The notes under the pieces: model-generated
Seen by the model: the letters and a program-made list of their open reading frames with translations, nothing else
What the model was told of the DNA's origin: nothing
Databases searched by the model: none
Made by a program: the position numbers and the translations under genes
Origin: Dipteris shenzhenensis
Taxonomy: Eukaryota
Strand: one strand, 5' to 3'
DNA length: 64,000 nt
NCBI GenBank assembly: GCA_047967505.1
Contig: CM106538.1
Part shown: positions 40,201 to 50,879 of the stretch, piece by piece
Layout of the letters: every line of letters begins with the position of its first letter
How positions within the stretch are numbered: the stretch's first letter is position 1

Positions 40201-41595
40201 TATCGTTGTTCCCCACACTTCGGACAACTAGCTAAATCTCCATGCTCACGACGATGAAAGAGAATACAGTCATTATGGCAAGCATGGATGGTATCATAAT
40301 CCATACCCACAGTTGTTAGCATCTTCTTTGCTTCATCTCTTGATGTGGGCATGGTATTTGGTGTAGGCAACATCTTTTGGAGTAACCTATCACAGTTTAA
40401 ACATACATAGGCTTGGAATAATGATGATTCTCAAACATACATGATGATTCTCACCTCTCTTTTTCATTTTCCCCTTTTCTTTCTCTTTTCCCCTTTTCTT
40501 TCTCTTTTTCCCTCTTTCAAAGCAACAAAGAAGTCATGTCACTAATCCTACAGCTTAGAATACCTGTAAGACATTGAGCAAGCTTAGAATCCTACAGCCT
40601 AACATTGAGCAAACATTTATAGACTCCTACATTCTTTAAATTAGAGTGATAGAAGTCTGTATCTATTTGCTCAATGGTAGGCTATTAAAGCTTCACATGG
40701 GAAAAAAGAGAGGAGAAAAGAGAGAAAAAGAGAGGAGAAAAAAGAGAGAAAAAGAGAGGAGAAAGAGGAGAAAAGAGAGGAGAAAAAAGACAGAAAAAGA
40801 GAGGAGATAAGAGAGAAAAAGAGAGAAAGTGAAAAGAGAAAAATTGGGGATAAAAGAGAGAAAAAAAGAGAAGGAAAGAGAGGGGAAAAGAGAGGAAAAG
40901 AGAGGAGAAAAAAGAGAGAAAAAGAGAGGAGATAAGGAGAAAAAGAGAGGAGAAAAGAGACGAAAACTAGAGAGGATAAAAGAGAGAATGACAAAAGAAA
41001 GTCACAATTTAAACATACATAGGCTTCAAATAATGATGATTCTCAAACATACATGATGATTCTCAAAACATACAATATCCAAATAATGAGTCAAATTAAT
41101 GCACGATCTAACCTCATTAAGGCCGAGACACTTGTATCTGACCACCGATATTTTGCTTGCAGATTCAAGATTCAGAGACAAGCCTATAGTTTAGACATCC
41201 TAGCACCCTCGTTCAACTATGTTGATTGCAACTCTCGCATATTGACCTCAGACTCTGACATCACGTGTACATGTGATGTAGTGTCCCTAAAAATAGAATC
41301 CATCATGTCCCCATATCCTCGTCATCATTTGGCACATCCGAGAGACTATAGTCTTGCTCAAAGTGTGAAGGTATATGGGCACCCTTGCCACCCTCCTCAT
41401 CCTGTCTCAAGATTTTGTATAAATATAAGATCTTGTCCCAAGGTTTCGTGTCATAATGGTAACCAATATTAATCACAAACTCAAATAGCATTGACTTACC
41501 GATGATCCATCACCACGTGCAACACCAACAATGGGTACTAGTTCGGACTCCTCCCTATACATCCGCAAGCGGCACATGACAATATGATGTTGATG
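37266..41595 (-). mobile_element. Old CACTA element of unit 2, TnpD-containing half
   Basis: Terminus TACTAATACAC at 37266; ORFs 39039-39689 and 40176-40373; ends at ATG where the young element is inserted. Confidence 0.9.
38585..38975. mobile_element. 391-bp insertion with 5-bp TSD CAAAA (solo-LTR-like or DNA-element end)
   Basis: CAAAA at 38580-38584 and 38976-38980; empty site at ~18678-18682; reads TG...TA on the minus strand. Confidence 0.7.
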
Positions 41596-41714
41596 CACTA
41601 CAAGGCATAGGCCATTTTCCGACGGAAATACCGACGCTTTTTACATTAAAATTTTTTTTTTTCACGGGCGCAAAGGTCGCTATAAAAGTCGTTAAAATCG
41701 TCGGAAAAGGAGCG

Positions 41715-41950
41715 TCGCTATAAACCGTCGCTATATAGCGACGTTTATATCGTCGCTATATAGCGACGTTTATATCGTCGCTATATAGCGACGATTAACA
41801 GAGTCGCTATATAGCGACGCTGTTAATCGTCGCTATATAGCGACGATATAAACGTCGCTATATAGCGACGATAAAAACGTCGCTATATAGCGACTCTGTT
41901 AATCGTCGCTATATAGCGACACTGGTAAACGTCGCTATATAGCGACGATT
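41715..41950. repeat. Subterminal array of the 16-bp palindrome GTCGCTATATAGCGAC
   Basis: About 9 copies separated by 9-10-bp spacers; similar array at 55365-55530. Confidence 0.95.
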
Positions 41951-42223
41951 AACAGAAGGTAAAAAAAATGGTTAGTGGGGCTAAACAGGGCCAAAAGGAA
42001 GCCCTGTTTAGCCCCACTAACCTTTTTTTTTTTTTTGTAATTACAAAAGAAAGTTTTTTATAACAAAATTTCCCTTGCTTGCAGGGTGATACAAAATTGT
42101 TCTTGTGAACGATGAGGAAGAAATGCATATACATATACAACTGTGTTTGAAACAAAATTACCCTGTGAAAGGGCGATACAAAATGGCTCTAACGAGCGGA
42201 TATGAAAAATGCTACTACCACTA

Positions 42224-43300
42224 CTAATCCGAATCCGAATCCGAATCGTCTTGTTGGGCTGTTCCCTGGTCCTCGGCACCTGCATCTTCTCCCTCGTCCC
42301 CGACACCTGCGTCTTCTCCTTCGTCATCGGCACCTGCGTCCGATCCTTGCCCCTGTTGATCGCTCGTCTCTGATGATGGGACGCTTGAGCTTTGACCCTG
42401 AGAGTGAACCATATAAATCGAAAATTAGATTGGAACTTAAATTAAAAAGTGAGATTACAAGCAGGAGTAAACTTATACCGTGCGAGCAGCCACCTCAGCC
42501 CAATCGACTGTCGCTCCCATTGCCTCTTGCTCAATGAACCACGGCTTGGTTCCTATCCGAAATGCGCGCCGCGTCTCTGCATCCGTAGGAAGACGACCCA
42601 TCGCAGCTTGCTGTGGATCCAATTTACGAGAGTTAGAGTTAGCTAAAGTGCATGTAATATGTAAGTAAAACAAATAGAACAATACATTAAATGGAAAGAA
42701 GTAAACTTACCACGGTTGCCTCGAACGCATACCGTCCACCTGCACCAAAGTGCGAAGTACCTACGACATCCAGCCGTCTCTTCGCAGCCCTCCTCTGACC
42801 CTCGAACATTTCAGGATGGTCCCTATTCTGCTTCTTCAAGAACTTCCAATCAGCTTTGTCTGCCCAGCTGGGTTTAGACAACCCCTTTGTAATGGAAGTA
42901 CGCATGGTTGATCTGCGATGCTTTAGGACCAAACCCATGCGCTCGAGCATATAACTGTTATTAAACTCCACATTTGGCGGATTAGGAAATCTGAGTTTTA
43001 ACTCATCGATCACCGCCTGCTTCTTTTGGCCATCTTGATACCGCCAATCGATATTTATGCCGCTCTTGAAGTGATGACTCATCAACCGCCTCATGGCGGC
43101 CATCACTGCTTTGCCCTTTTTGTCTTCTATTATCTCTCCGGCAGATGTGATTTGATAGGAGAGATCCCCTGATGAGTAAGGGGGACTGACGGTAGCAGAG
43201 TCTGAAGGAGTGGAAGCTGCGCGACCGCTTCCGGATCGAGGAGTAGCTGTGGGAGTAGGAGAGGGAAAGGGACCTGACTGATACTGTGTCTCCAGACCAA
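42224..43300 (-). pseudogene. TnpA-like (Ptta/En/Spm, Transposase_24-like) gene, 5'-truncated, 3 exons
   Basis: ORF 42687-43343 with DW..Q..KKQAVIDELKLRF, KPSW....W..L and RR....SHFGAGG; GT-AG introns near 42710 and 42476; acidic last exon. Confidence 0.65.
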
Positions 43301-43301
43301 A

Positions 43302-46300
43302 ATGATGGATTCCATTTTTAGGGGCACTACATCCCACGTACACGTGATGTCAGAGTCTGAGGTCAAAATGTGAGAGTTGCAATCAACACAATTGTACGAG
43401 GGTGCTAGGATGTCTAAACTATGTGCTTGTCTCTCAATCTTGAATCTACAAGTACAGTATGGGTGGTTGGATACAAGTGTCTCGACCTTAATGAGGTTAG
43501 CCCTTGCATTAATTTGACTCATTATTTGGATATTGTTTGTTTTGAGAATCATCATTTGGATAGTGTCTTTGTCATAGGTTGCTCCAGAAGATGTTGCCTG
43601 CACCAAATACCATGCCCGCATCAAGAGATGAAGCGAAGAAGATGCTAACAATGGTGGGTATGGATTATGATACCATCCATGCTTGCCGTAATGATTGTAT
43701 TCTCTTTCGTCGTGAGCATGGAGATTTGGCTAGTTGTCCAAAGTGTGGGGAACAACGATATAGAGATGACTTGCAGGGTGAGCGGATACCGGTAAAGTTC
43801 TTAAGACACTTTCCCATCATTGCAAGAATACAACACATGTTTCGATGCAAATCCATAGCGGAGTTGATGACATGGCATGCATCTCATCGGTCTACTGATC
43901 ACACATTGAGGATTCCCGCAGATTGTGCAGCTTGGAAGCACATAGATAATCAGTGGCCGGACTTTGCGAGAGAGCCACACAACTTACATCTTGGGCTAGC
44001 CATGGACGGCGTGAATCCTTTCGGGTTACGCTCGACATGCATCTTGGTCGACATGGCCCATAGTCGTGGTGAATTACAATATCCCACCATGGCTAACAAT
44101 AAAAAAGGGACACCTCATGCTTGCACTACTTGTGCCAGGAAAGTACAAGGCAAAAAACATGGACGTGTACATGGCACCTTTGATAGAGGAGTTACAGATA
44201 TTATGGAGAGGAGTGCAGGTCTTTGATATTTCCAGAGCTCCTAGGCATACCAATGATATTTTGGTCAGGGGTATCTTGATGTGGACCATGCATGACTACC
44301 CAGGATATGGAGAGTGCGCAGGTACGTGGTTATGTCTTTACATGTACAATGAGGGATTATGCTTTTTTTACTCTCTTTTGCACGCATGTCTTGTACTAAC
44401 ATATTCATGCACGTGTGCAGGACTTGTTACAAGTGGGTACCATGCTTGTCTTGTTTGTGGACCCGCTCTGAAATCGCTTGCACGCTACTCCAAACATATG
44501 AGGAAAAATGTTTATGAAGGTCATGCTCGATACCTTCGGCTCGACCATCTCGCACGTGGAGGTCAGCTTGATCCACCACCATCATATTTGAAAGCAAGTG
44601 ATTGGATTCAGGCTTGGAGGGTGAATGGAGAGGAACCTCCTCCTGGTATGAAGAGGCTATCGATCTTTCACGAGCTTCCTTATTGGGGTCAGTTACAAAT
44701 CAATCATCTCTTGGATCCCATGCATATCTTCAAGAATGTGGGGGCTACCATTTGGGCACACTTGGTTGGTTCCAAGGACTCGAGAGGAGTGCGAGAAGAC
44801 TTGCGTGCTATGAATAGGATGTCTCGTTTGTGGCCCCAAGTGCATGCTTCAGGAAAAGTTGTCCTCCCGAAAGCAACGTGGATCCTCTCTACGAGGGAGG
44901 AGGTAGCGATCAAGGCAGACATTGCCTCTTTCAGGCTTGGAGGGTGAATGGAGAGGAACCTCCTCCTGGTATGAAGAGGCTATCGATCTTTCACGAGCTT
45001 CCTTATTGGGGTCAGTTACAAATCAATCATCTCTTGGATCCCATGCATATCTTCAAGAATGTGGGGGCTACCATTTGGGCACACTTGGTTGGTTCCAAGG
45101 ACTCGAGAGGAGTGCGAGAAGACTTGCGTGCTATGAATAGGATGTCTCGTTTGTGGCCCCAAGTGCATGCTTCAGGAAAAGTTGTCCTCCCGAAAGCAAC
45201 GTGGATCCTCTCTACGAGGGAGGAGGTAGCGATCAAGGCAGACATTGCCTCTTTCAAACACCGACAGGGTACATGCATTGCTTGAAAGGAGAATTTTCAA
45301 AGGACAATAAGCTTAGTGGCCTCAAGTCCCATGATTGGCACAAGGTCTTACAGGTATTCTAAGTAGAATTAGTGTACCGATAATAGTGATGCGTTAGCGT
45401 AATTATTATTATGTTAAATTGTTGACATGATTTCATTGTTGCTTTGATAGTTCATCCTTCCAATTACAATAAAAGGGTGCTTACAAGAAGATGTTAGAAA
45501 TGCTATATTCAAGATCTGTAGTATTGTGAGGTATGCTTACTATCAAATCGCATTATGTATTTTCTTAATGGACATGTGAAATAGGTGGATATCTCAAATA
45601 TCTTACATATGCATGGACATGTGAAATAGGTGGATATCTCAAAAAGAGATCTCTATATCGAGCATTGAGAAGGCTAGGGTGGAATCCATCGAAGCCATAT
45701 GCTTCCTTGAGAAGCACTTTCCGTCAAGCATTATGACAACTCAAGTCCACTTGCTTGTGCACATAGTTGATGAGGTGGCTATAGCAGGTACCGTTCATAA
45801 TCGATGGATGTTTTTTCTCGAGCGGTTTATGAAAACTTTAAAGGGGTTTGTAAGACAAAGAGCAAGACCAGAAGCAAGCATGGTAGAGGGATGGCTTGTG
45901 CAAGAGTCATTAGTATATATCACAGAGTTTCTTGCATCCACGGATCCTGATATGCCGCAAGCTTGGCACAACAAGGATGATGATCGCATCATTGGCGAGG
46001 TCCCCCAAGGAAAAGGGATTGAAAGAAAGATGAGCGAAGAGCAAATGGAGAAATTCAATAAGTTTTGTATCCTCAATAGCCCTGAGATGCAGAAGTGGAT
46101 TGAGAGATATGAAGTGGCCAAAGCAGAAAGAATAAATGCAAGGACGAGATTTAGAGTAATGTACAGGTGATCACAACCATATCCACGAGATCTGGCTCTT
46201 CTCCCTACTCACATGTCACTTGATTGGCTACAACTGGCTGTACGTAAAGCCGAACGTGATGGAGAGACAATAAATGAGCGCAAGCCAGAGTTATCATCTG

Positions 46301-47300
46301 GATGTATGGTGCATGTAGGTTTCTTATTTCTTGACGTAATTAAGTAATTATTTGTGGCAATATATGCTATAAAATAGGTGCATCTTCATTGTTTTAATGA
46401 TGCTCTTTTATAGTACAAAAAGTACAGTGCATTATGGTCATATGGACGACATTTTCACGTGGAACGCATCGATTCAAAGAGAGTCACGTATGATTGTGGA
46501 GTCATGGCTAACTTCACACAAGATAGCTGAGCAAGTGCTTCGGATACCAATCTTCTCTCCTCACAGTTGGATTATTGTGGAACCATACGCGACATCTATG
46601 AAATTGATTTCAGACGATTTACTATTTTCATTCTTGATGTAAAATGGTTTAGAACTACTTACAACGGTCCCCATGCGACAGTGAGAAAAGATAGTAGCGG
46701 TCTCTTTGCAATAGACTCCACCAAACATTGGACCGATGAAAGTGATACTTTTGTTCTTCCCGTGCACTGTGAGCAGGTGCATACTAATGATTTAATTAGT
46801 CGAAGCTTTCGTTTTTAAAGTCCATTGATATATATATAATTGACGACATTTGGCACCCATCTTCAATATAGGTGGTTTTTCATCTGGATCGTTTTGATCC
46901 AAGATGGTGGTACGTGATCCAAGTTGCACCACGAAGTAAGCAAATTTTTGAAGATCGAGATGTGGATATGGAGATGCCACTACCAATGCCGGATCCAATT
47001 GATGAATCTAGCGAAGAAGATGTAGATCACCATATGAGGCAAGAGGAAGATGCGCATAATGACATCGCACGGGAGGAGGATGGAGATCACGATATTGACG
47101 AGGAAGACAACAATCATCAAGATCAATCACCACACTTAAGCTTTATTGAAGAAGATGATCAAATACTTTTAGGTGAACGTACGATACTAGAGTACGATGA
47201 TGATATAGGAGATCAACTCGGTATAGAGTTGGAGATAGACTTGCTTGGTGCCTTAGACTTGGCTCAAGATGAAACAGTTGATGTAAATGCTCTTATTTGA
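43302..47300 (+). pseudogene. CACTA TnpD/TNP2-like transposase pseudogene (element A)
   Basis: IHAC.NDCILF..CPKCG, LGLAMDGVNPF, NYNIPPW, WTMHDYPGYG, HLLDPMHIFKNV, GLKSHDWH, then DUF4218/DUF4216-type exons; frameshifts, stops and a 323-bp duplication. Confidence 0.95.
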
Positions 47301-47961
47301 TTTTTCTCATCTCAAACTTGGACATGAATATATGAGCTTCAAAGGCTTGATGTACATGCTCTCATTTTTTTATTCTCTATGAGCTCAAACATGTATGAAA
47401 ATTTAAAAAATTTTGTCATTGGAAAAAACTAATTTTTAAGGCTTTTAAAAAAAAAAAATCCTCTCTGTAAAAACGTCGCTATAATATTTTGTCTCAGTGT
47501 CGCTATATAGCGACTTTTGGTAAAAGTCGCTATATAGCGACGATTTACGAAACCCGACTTTTATACCGACGATTAACGCTAAGCGGGCGCTAAATGTCGG
47601 TACGTAAACGTCGCAATAGGATGCGTGTGTAGTAGTGACAGTTCTAGAAATTAACTAGTATATGACCCGAATAAATAGAAAATTACATTTAAATAATTTA
47701 ATTACTACAAAACACATCAATTTCAACCATCAACCTGGTCATCAATTAGACAATAACAATATTTTGATGTCCTATTGCAAAATATATTGTTGTCACTTTC
47801 ATTTCAATCACATGGGTTCAGGACAATCATATAACTGGTGTTTGACCTAAACCAACCACGGTTTCTTGATGTTCCAACTACCAGGCTTATTTAGGACAAG
47901 TACACGATCGGAACTAGTGCAAAATATATTGGTATTAATTTTTGTTCAACCACACTGGTTT

Positions 47962-48959
47962 TTTTTTTGCCAAAAAAACAGTGCTAATTATATTACTTCG
48001 AGAACAAGATACAAGAGGTCAGCTTATAGCTGACGGGCTGCGTTCACAAATCGGACGCAGCCCTAAAAGGTAGCAAAATAAACCATCCTCTCACGGAGGG
48101 ATAAGACGAGTATGAATGAACAGCCATCGGGGTGGTGAGTAATGCCACCGAAGGCCCTGCGTAGTCTACGCGAAGAAGAGGCCCTGTGTGTCCCAAGCCC
48201 GGAGGAAGCGTCTCCGCTTCTCCTGACCGGCCCGGGAGTCTCCCTGAATCTGGTCCCACTGGCCTCTGAGAGTATGAATAATCTCACTCCAAATCTCCGC
48301 CATGATCTGGGCAGTCAATAAGGAGGTGCCACCTAGGATCTGCGCGCAGCAGCGCGAAGTCCAGATGTGCCACCCTGTGATGCTGCTAATAATCTCCCAG
48401 ACTGGCTCCCTCTCCCGAACTCCTGTATCAGCCTCTGCTAGGTGCTGTGGGAGACCCTCGAGCGGTCCCCACGTCCCCTGTGTAATAAGGAAAGTGGGGT
48501 CCTACTGGCATGCCTCGAATAAGTGATGAAGACCAGGTGCGGTGCTGCACCAACAGAACGCGCCCCAAGTGATCAATCCTAGCTCTGGCGCTGCGCGAGT
48601 AAGAATCCCAAAAGTCCACCTCCACACTTCCTGGGCGCGAGTGCAGCTCCATAGGCAGTGTTTTGGTGTCTCCTCATCCGCATGGCAAATCTGGCAGCAA
48701 CCGTCCTGGCCTATCTGCCTCAACCAGCTCCCCACTGGAAGACCTTTGTGGGCAAGAAGCCACAGGAAGTATGAGATCTTCCGCGGCTGCCAGCTCTCCC
48801 ACAAGGCCTTCCAGAATGCCTGCAAAAAGAACCTGGAAAGACCCTGTGCGTACCAGCTGGGTCGCTGGGTGGGGGGGCGGCTCTGCATCCTCCCGAGAAC
48901 TCTCCTGCCCAAAGTCGTACTGTAGGCGAAGAAGGAGGTCAGCCCCTGTCCTGGCACAA
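47962..48959 (-). mobile_element. 5'-truncated L1-type LINE (~1 kb)
   Basis: zf-RVT-type ORF 48502-48969 (W..LW....P.KI..FLW......LP; C..C....ET..H..W.C..A..VW); poly(A) seen as a T run at ~47959-47968; TSD TCAACCACACTGGTTT at 47946-47961 and 48960-48975. Confidence 0.93.
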
Positions 48960-49516
48960 TCAACCACACTGGTTTAGGACAATCACATGGGTGGTGTTTG
49001 ACCTAAACCAGTTGACCTGAACTAGCCACATTTGCTTGATGTTCCAACCATCGGGTTGGCTTAGGACAATTAAATTAAGTCTTAGTGAGCCTAATATAGA
49101 AATTGAACATTTCAAAACTTAATCACATGATGTTCCAACAACTGGGTTGGTTTAGGACAATCACATTAAGTCCAAGTCAACCTGATTTTGAAATGAAATA
49201 ATCAAACTTCTAAAACTCAATCATAAACAACTACTGGGCTGGTTTAGGCAACTACTTATCTGTGTTGTATCCAGCATGTGTATGATGTGCTCGTCCAACA
49301 TCCTACATCCCATCTTCGTTCTGTACATGTCCTTCTTACTTTCAATCAAGATGATCATGCATTGCTTTCACTCTGCATCCAATAGCTAGAGCCATGTTGG
49401 TCCTTTTGTTTGACAACATCTTTGACATCGTGTGCCCAATCCGTTTCTCCTGTGTTTCAGAGGACACCAACATAGCTAATGTCACCCTCTTTGCAGCTAG
49501 TTAGTCTTAGCTCATG

Positions 49517-49759
49517 ATCGGGGGGTGCACTACTAAGAAACCCTATGTATCACATGCATTCAAAGGGTATTAAAAAAACCCTTTACCCCATAAAAACACC
49601 CCTCATTACTTATGAACTAAGTGAAATTTTCCAAAACTTGAATAAAAAAACCCCTCCTGTTATTATAATTCTGTTAAAATTTTTCAAAAACTTGGATTAA
49701 AATACCCCTCCTTTTGAATGCACGTGGTACACTAATTTTTTTTAGATGAACCCCTCGAG
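49517..49759. mobile_element. Older ~243-bp MITE related to the CTCGGGGGG family
   Basis: ATCGGGGGGTGCAC ... GAACCCCTCGAG ends; shared internal motifs (AAACCCT, TCAC.TGC.TTCAA); TSD decayed. Confidence 0.65.
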
Positions 49760-50089
49760 ACCTTAGTTCTTTGCTTCGATGGTGTGTAGCTACAACCACT
49801 TCTTGCTACTTCTCTATAAGAAGTCTTCTTTCTTCTCGTTGTTTCTCCTTGCACAAATGTTGCAAAAGTGTCATCCATTGCTCTTTTGATGCCATGCCAT
49901 TGCTTTTCTGGACCTGCGATATATTCCTTATGCCTTGACTAAGCTTTTCAACTTTCCTATCTCATAGCCTTTATCTACTTCTCTTGCAAGCCAGGACAAG
50001 CTGCATGTTGCCATTGATGTCATGGCAATGACTGCTAAAATAGAACCTCTAGAATAGAGACCTACTAGCTTGTGAGGCAAGCAAAGAAT

Positions 50090-50260
50090 CGAAGACACCT
50101 TACCCAAGTCATTCAACCTCAATGTTTTTATGCATCACCCATTAGTTGCTACACGTCCTTTGGGCTACAAGGGCCATCTCAATATTGAGCATCTCAATGC
50201 CAATGCTCCTTAGGGGGAGGGAGGTTTTGGGTGCATGTTCAAGGGTAGGAATATATGAGC
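50090..50260 (+). pseudogene. Receptor-like cytoplasmic kinase N-terminal fragment
   Basis: PKSFNLN followed by GEGGFGCMFKG (50214-50246), resembling the plant RLCK-VII Gly-rich loop; stops and frameshifts. Confidence 0.5.
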
Positions 50261-50539
50261 AGGGATTACATGTAGGTTGCAAGGTGGTGCAGGTTGAGGT
50301 ATTCAAATACTTGTAGGCAAGAGAGGTGAAATTTTGAAATTTGCGAGAGTAGCAAAATTTTTAGTCATCCCAGCATTTTCTCCTTTTGATGATGCACGTC
50401 AGTAAAATTGGATATCCCAAGCAACTACAATGTGGCCTAAATTTTTTCAAAACACAAATAGGCCAAAGGGCACGCTATCAAGTTTGATGTTGTGTATGAT
50501 GAAATGAAATAATCTTTGGCATGCTTATGAACCATATAG

Positions 50540-50879
50540 CAAGCAAGTGCATGGAAAAAAAACCAATACAAAATTGTAAATAGTGTTGGATTTATTAAAA
50601 GATCTTTGCATATGCACCAATTGCACATTTTCAAATTATTCCATTCTAGGGTAAATCTAGATACCAATATCACCAACTGTCAATGTTTTAAGACCACCAT
50701 ACAATTGTCCCACTAGTTTGGATTCCAAATTTTTAATCTGCTTTGGTTTTCAACAAATCAAGAGAAAGTTATAGAGCATGCCCTCAATTGGGTGTGCATT
50801 TCTAAAGTAGATCCACATCTTTTTGGAGTAATCAGTAGCAACAGTGAAGATGATAAAGTATAGGCCTTTTTTCAATGAT
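50540..50879 (-). mobile_element. Copia integrase relic, continuation of the relic ending at 37265
   Basis: Minus strand reads SLKKGLYFIIF..TDYSKKMWIYF, then VENQS and KQIKNLES, matching the Copia rve start (YF..F.DDYSR..WVYF). Confidence 0.7.

Larger units (their letters stand above)
41596..47637 (+). mobile_element. Young CACTA element A (6042 bp, centre deleted)
   Basis: Starts CACTACAAGG, ends TGTGTAGTAGTG; palindrome arrays at 41715-41950 and 47470-47545; fusion junction at ~43300. Confidence 0.95.

Noticed and set aside
41715-41950. CRISPR-like repeat-spacer pattern
   Set aside because: The 16-bp repeat has only 9-10-bp spacers that are themselves repeated or inverted. It is adjacent to a CACTA terminus, with no cas genes, in a eukaryotic context.
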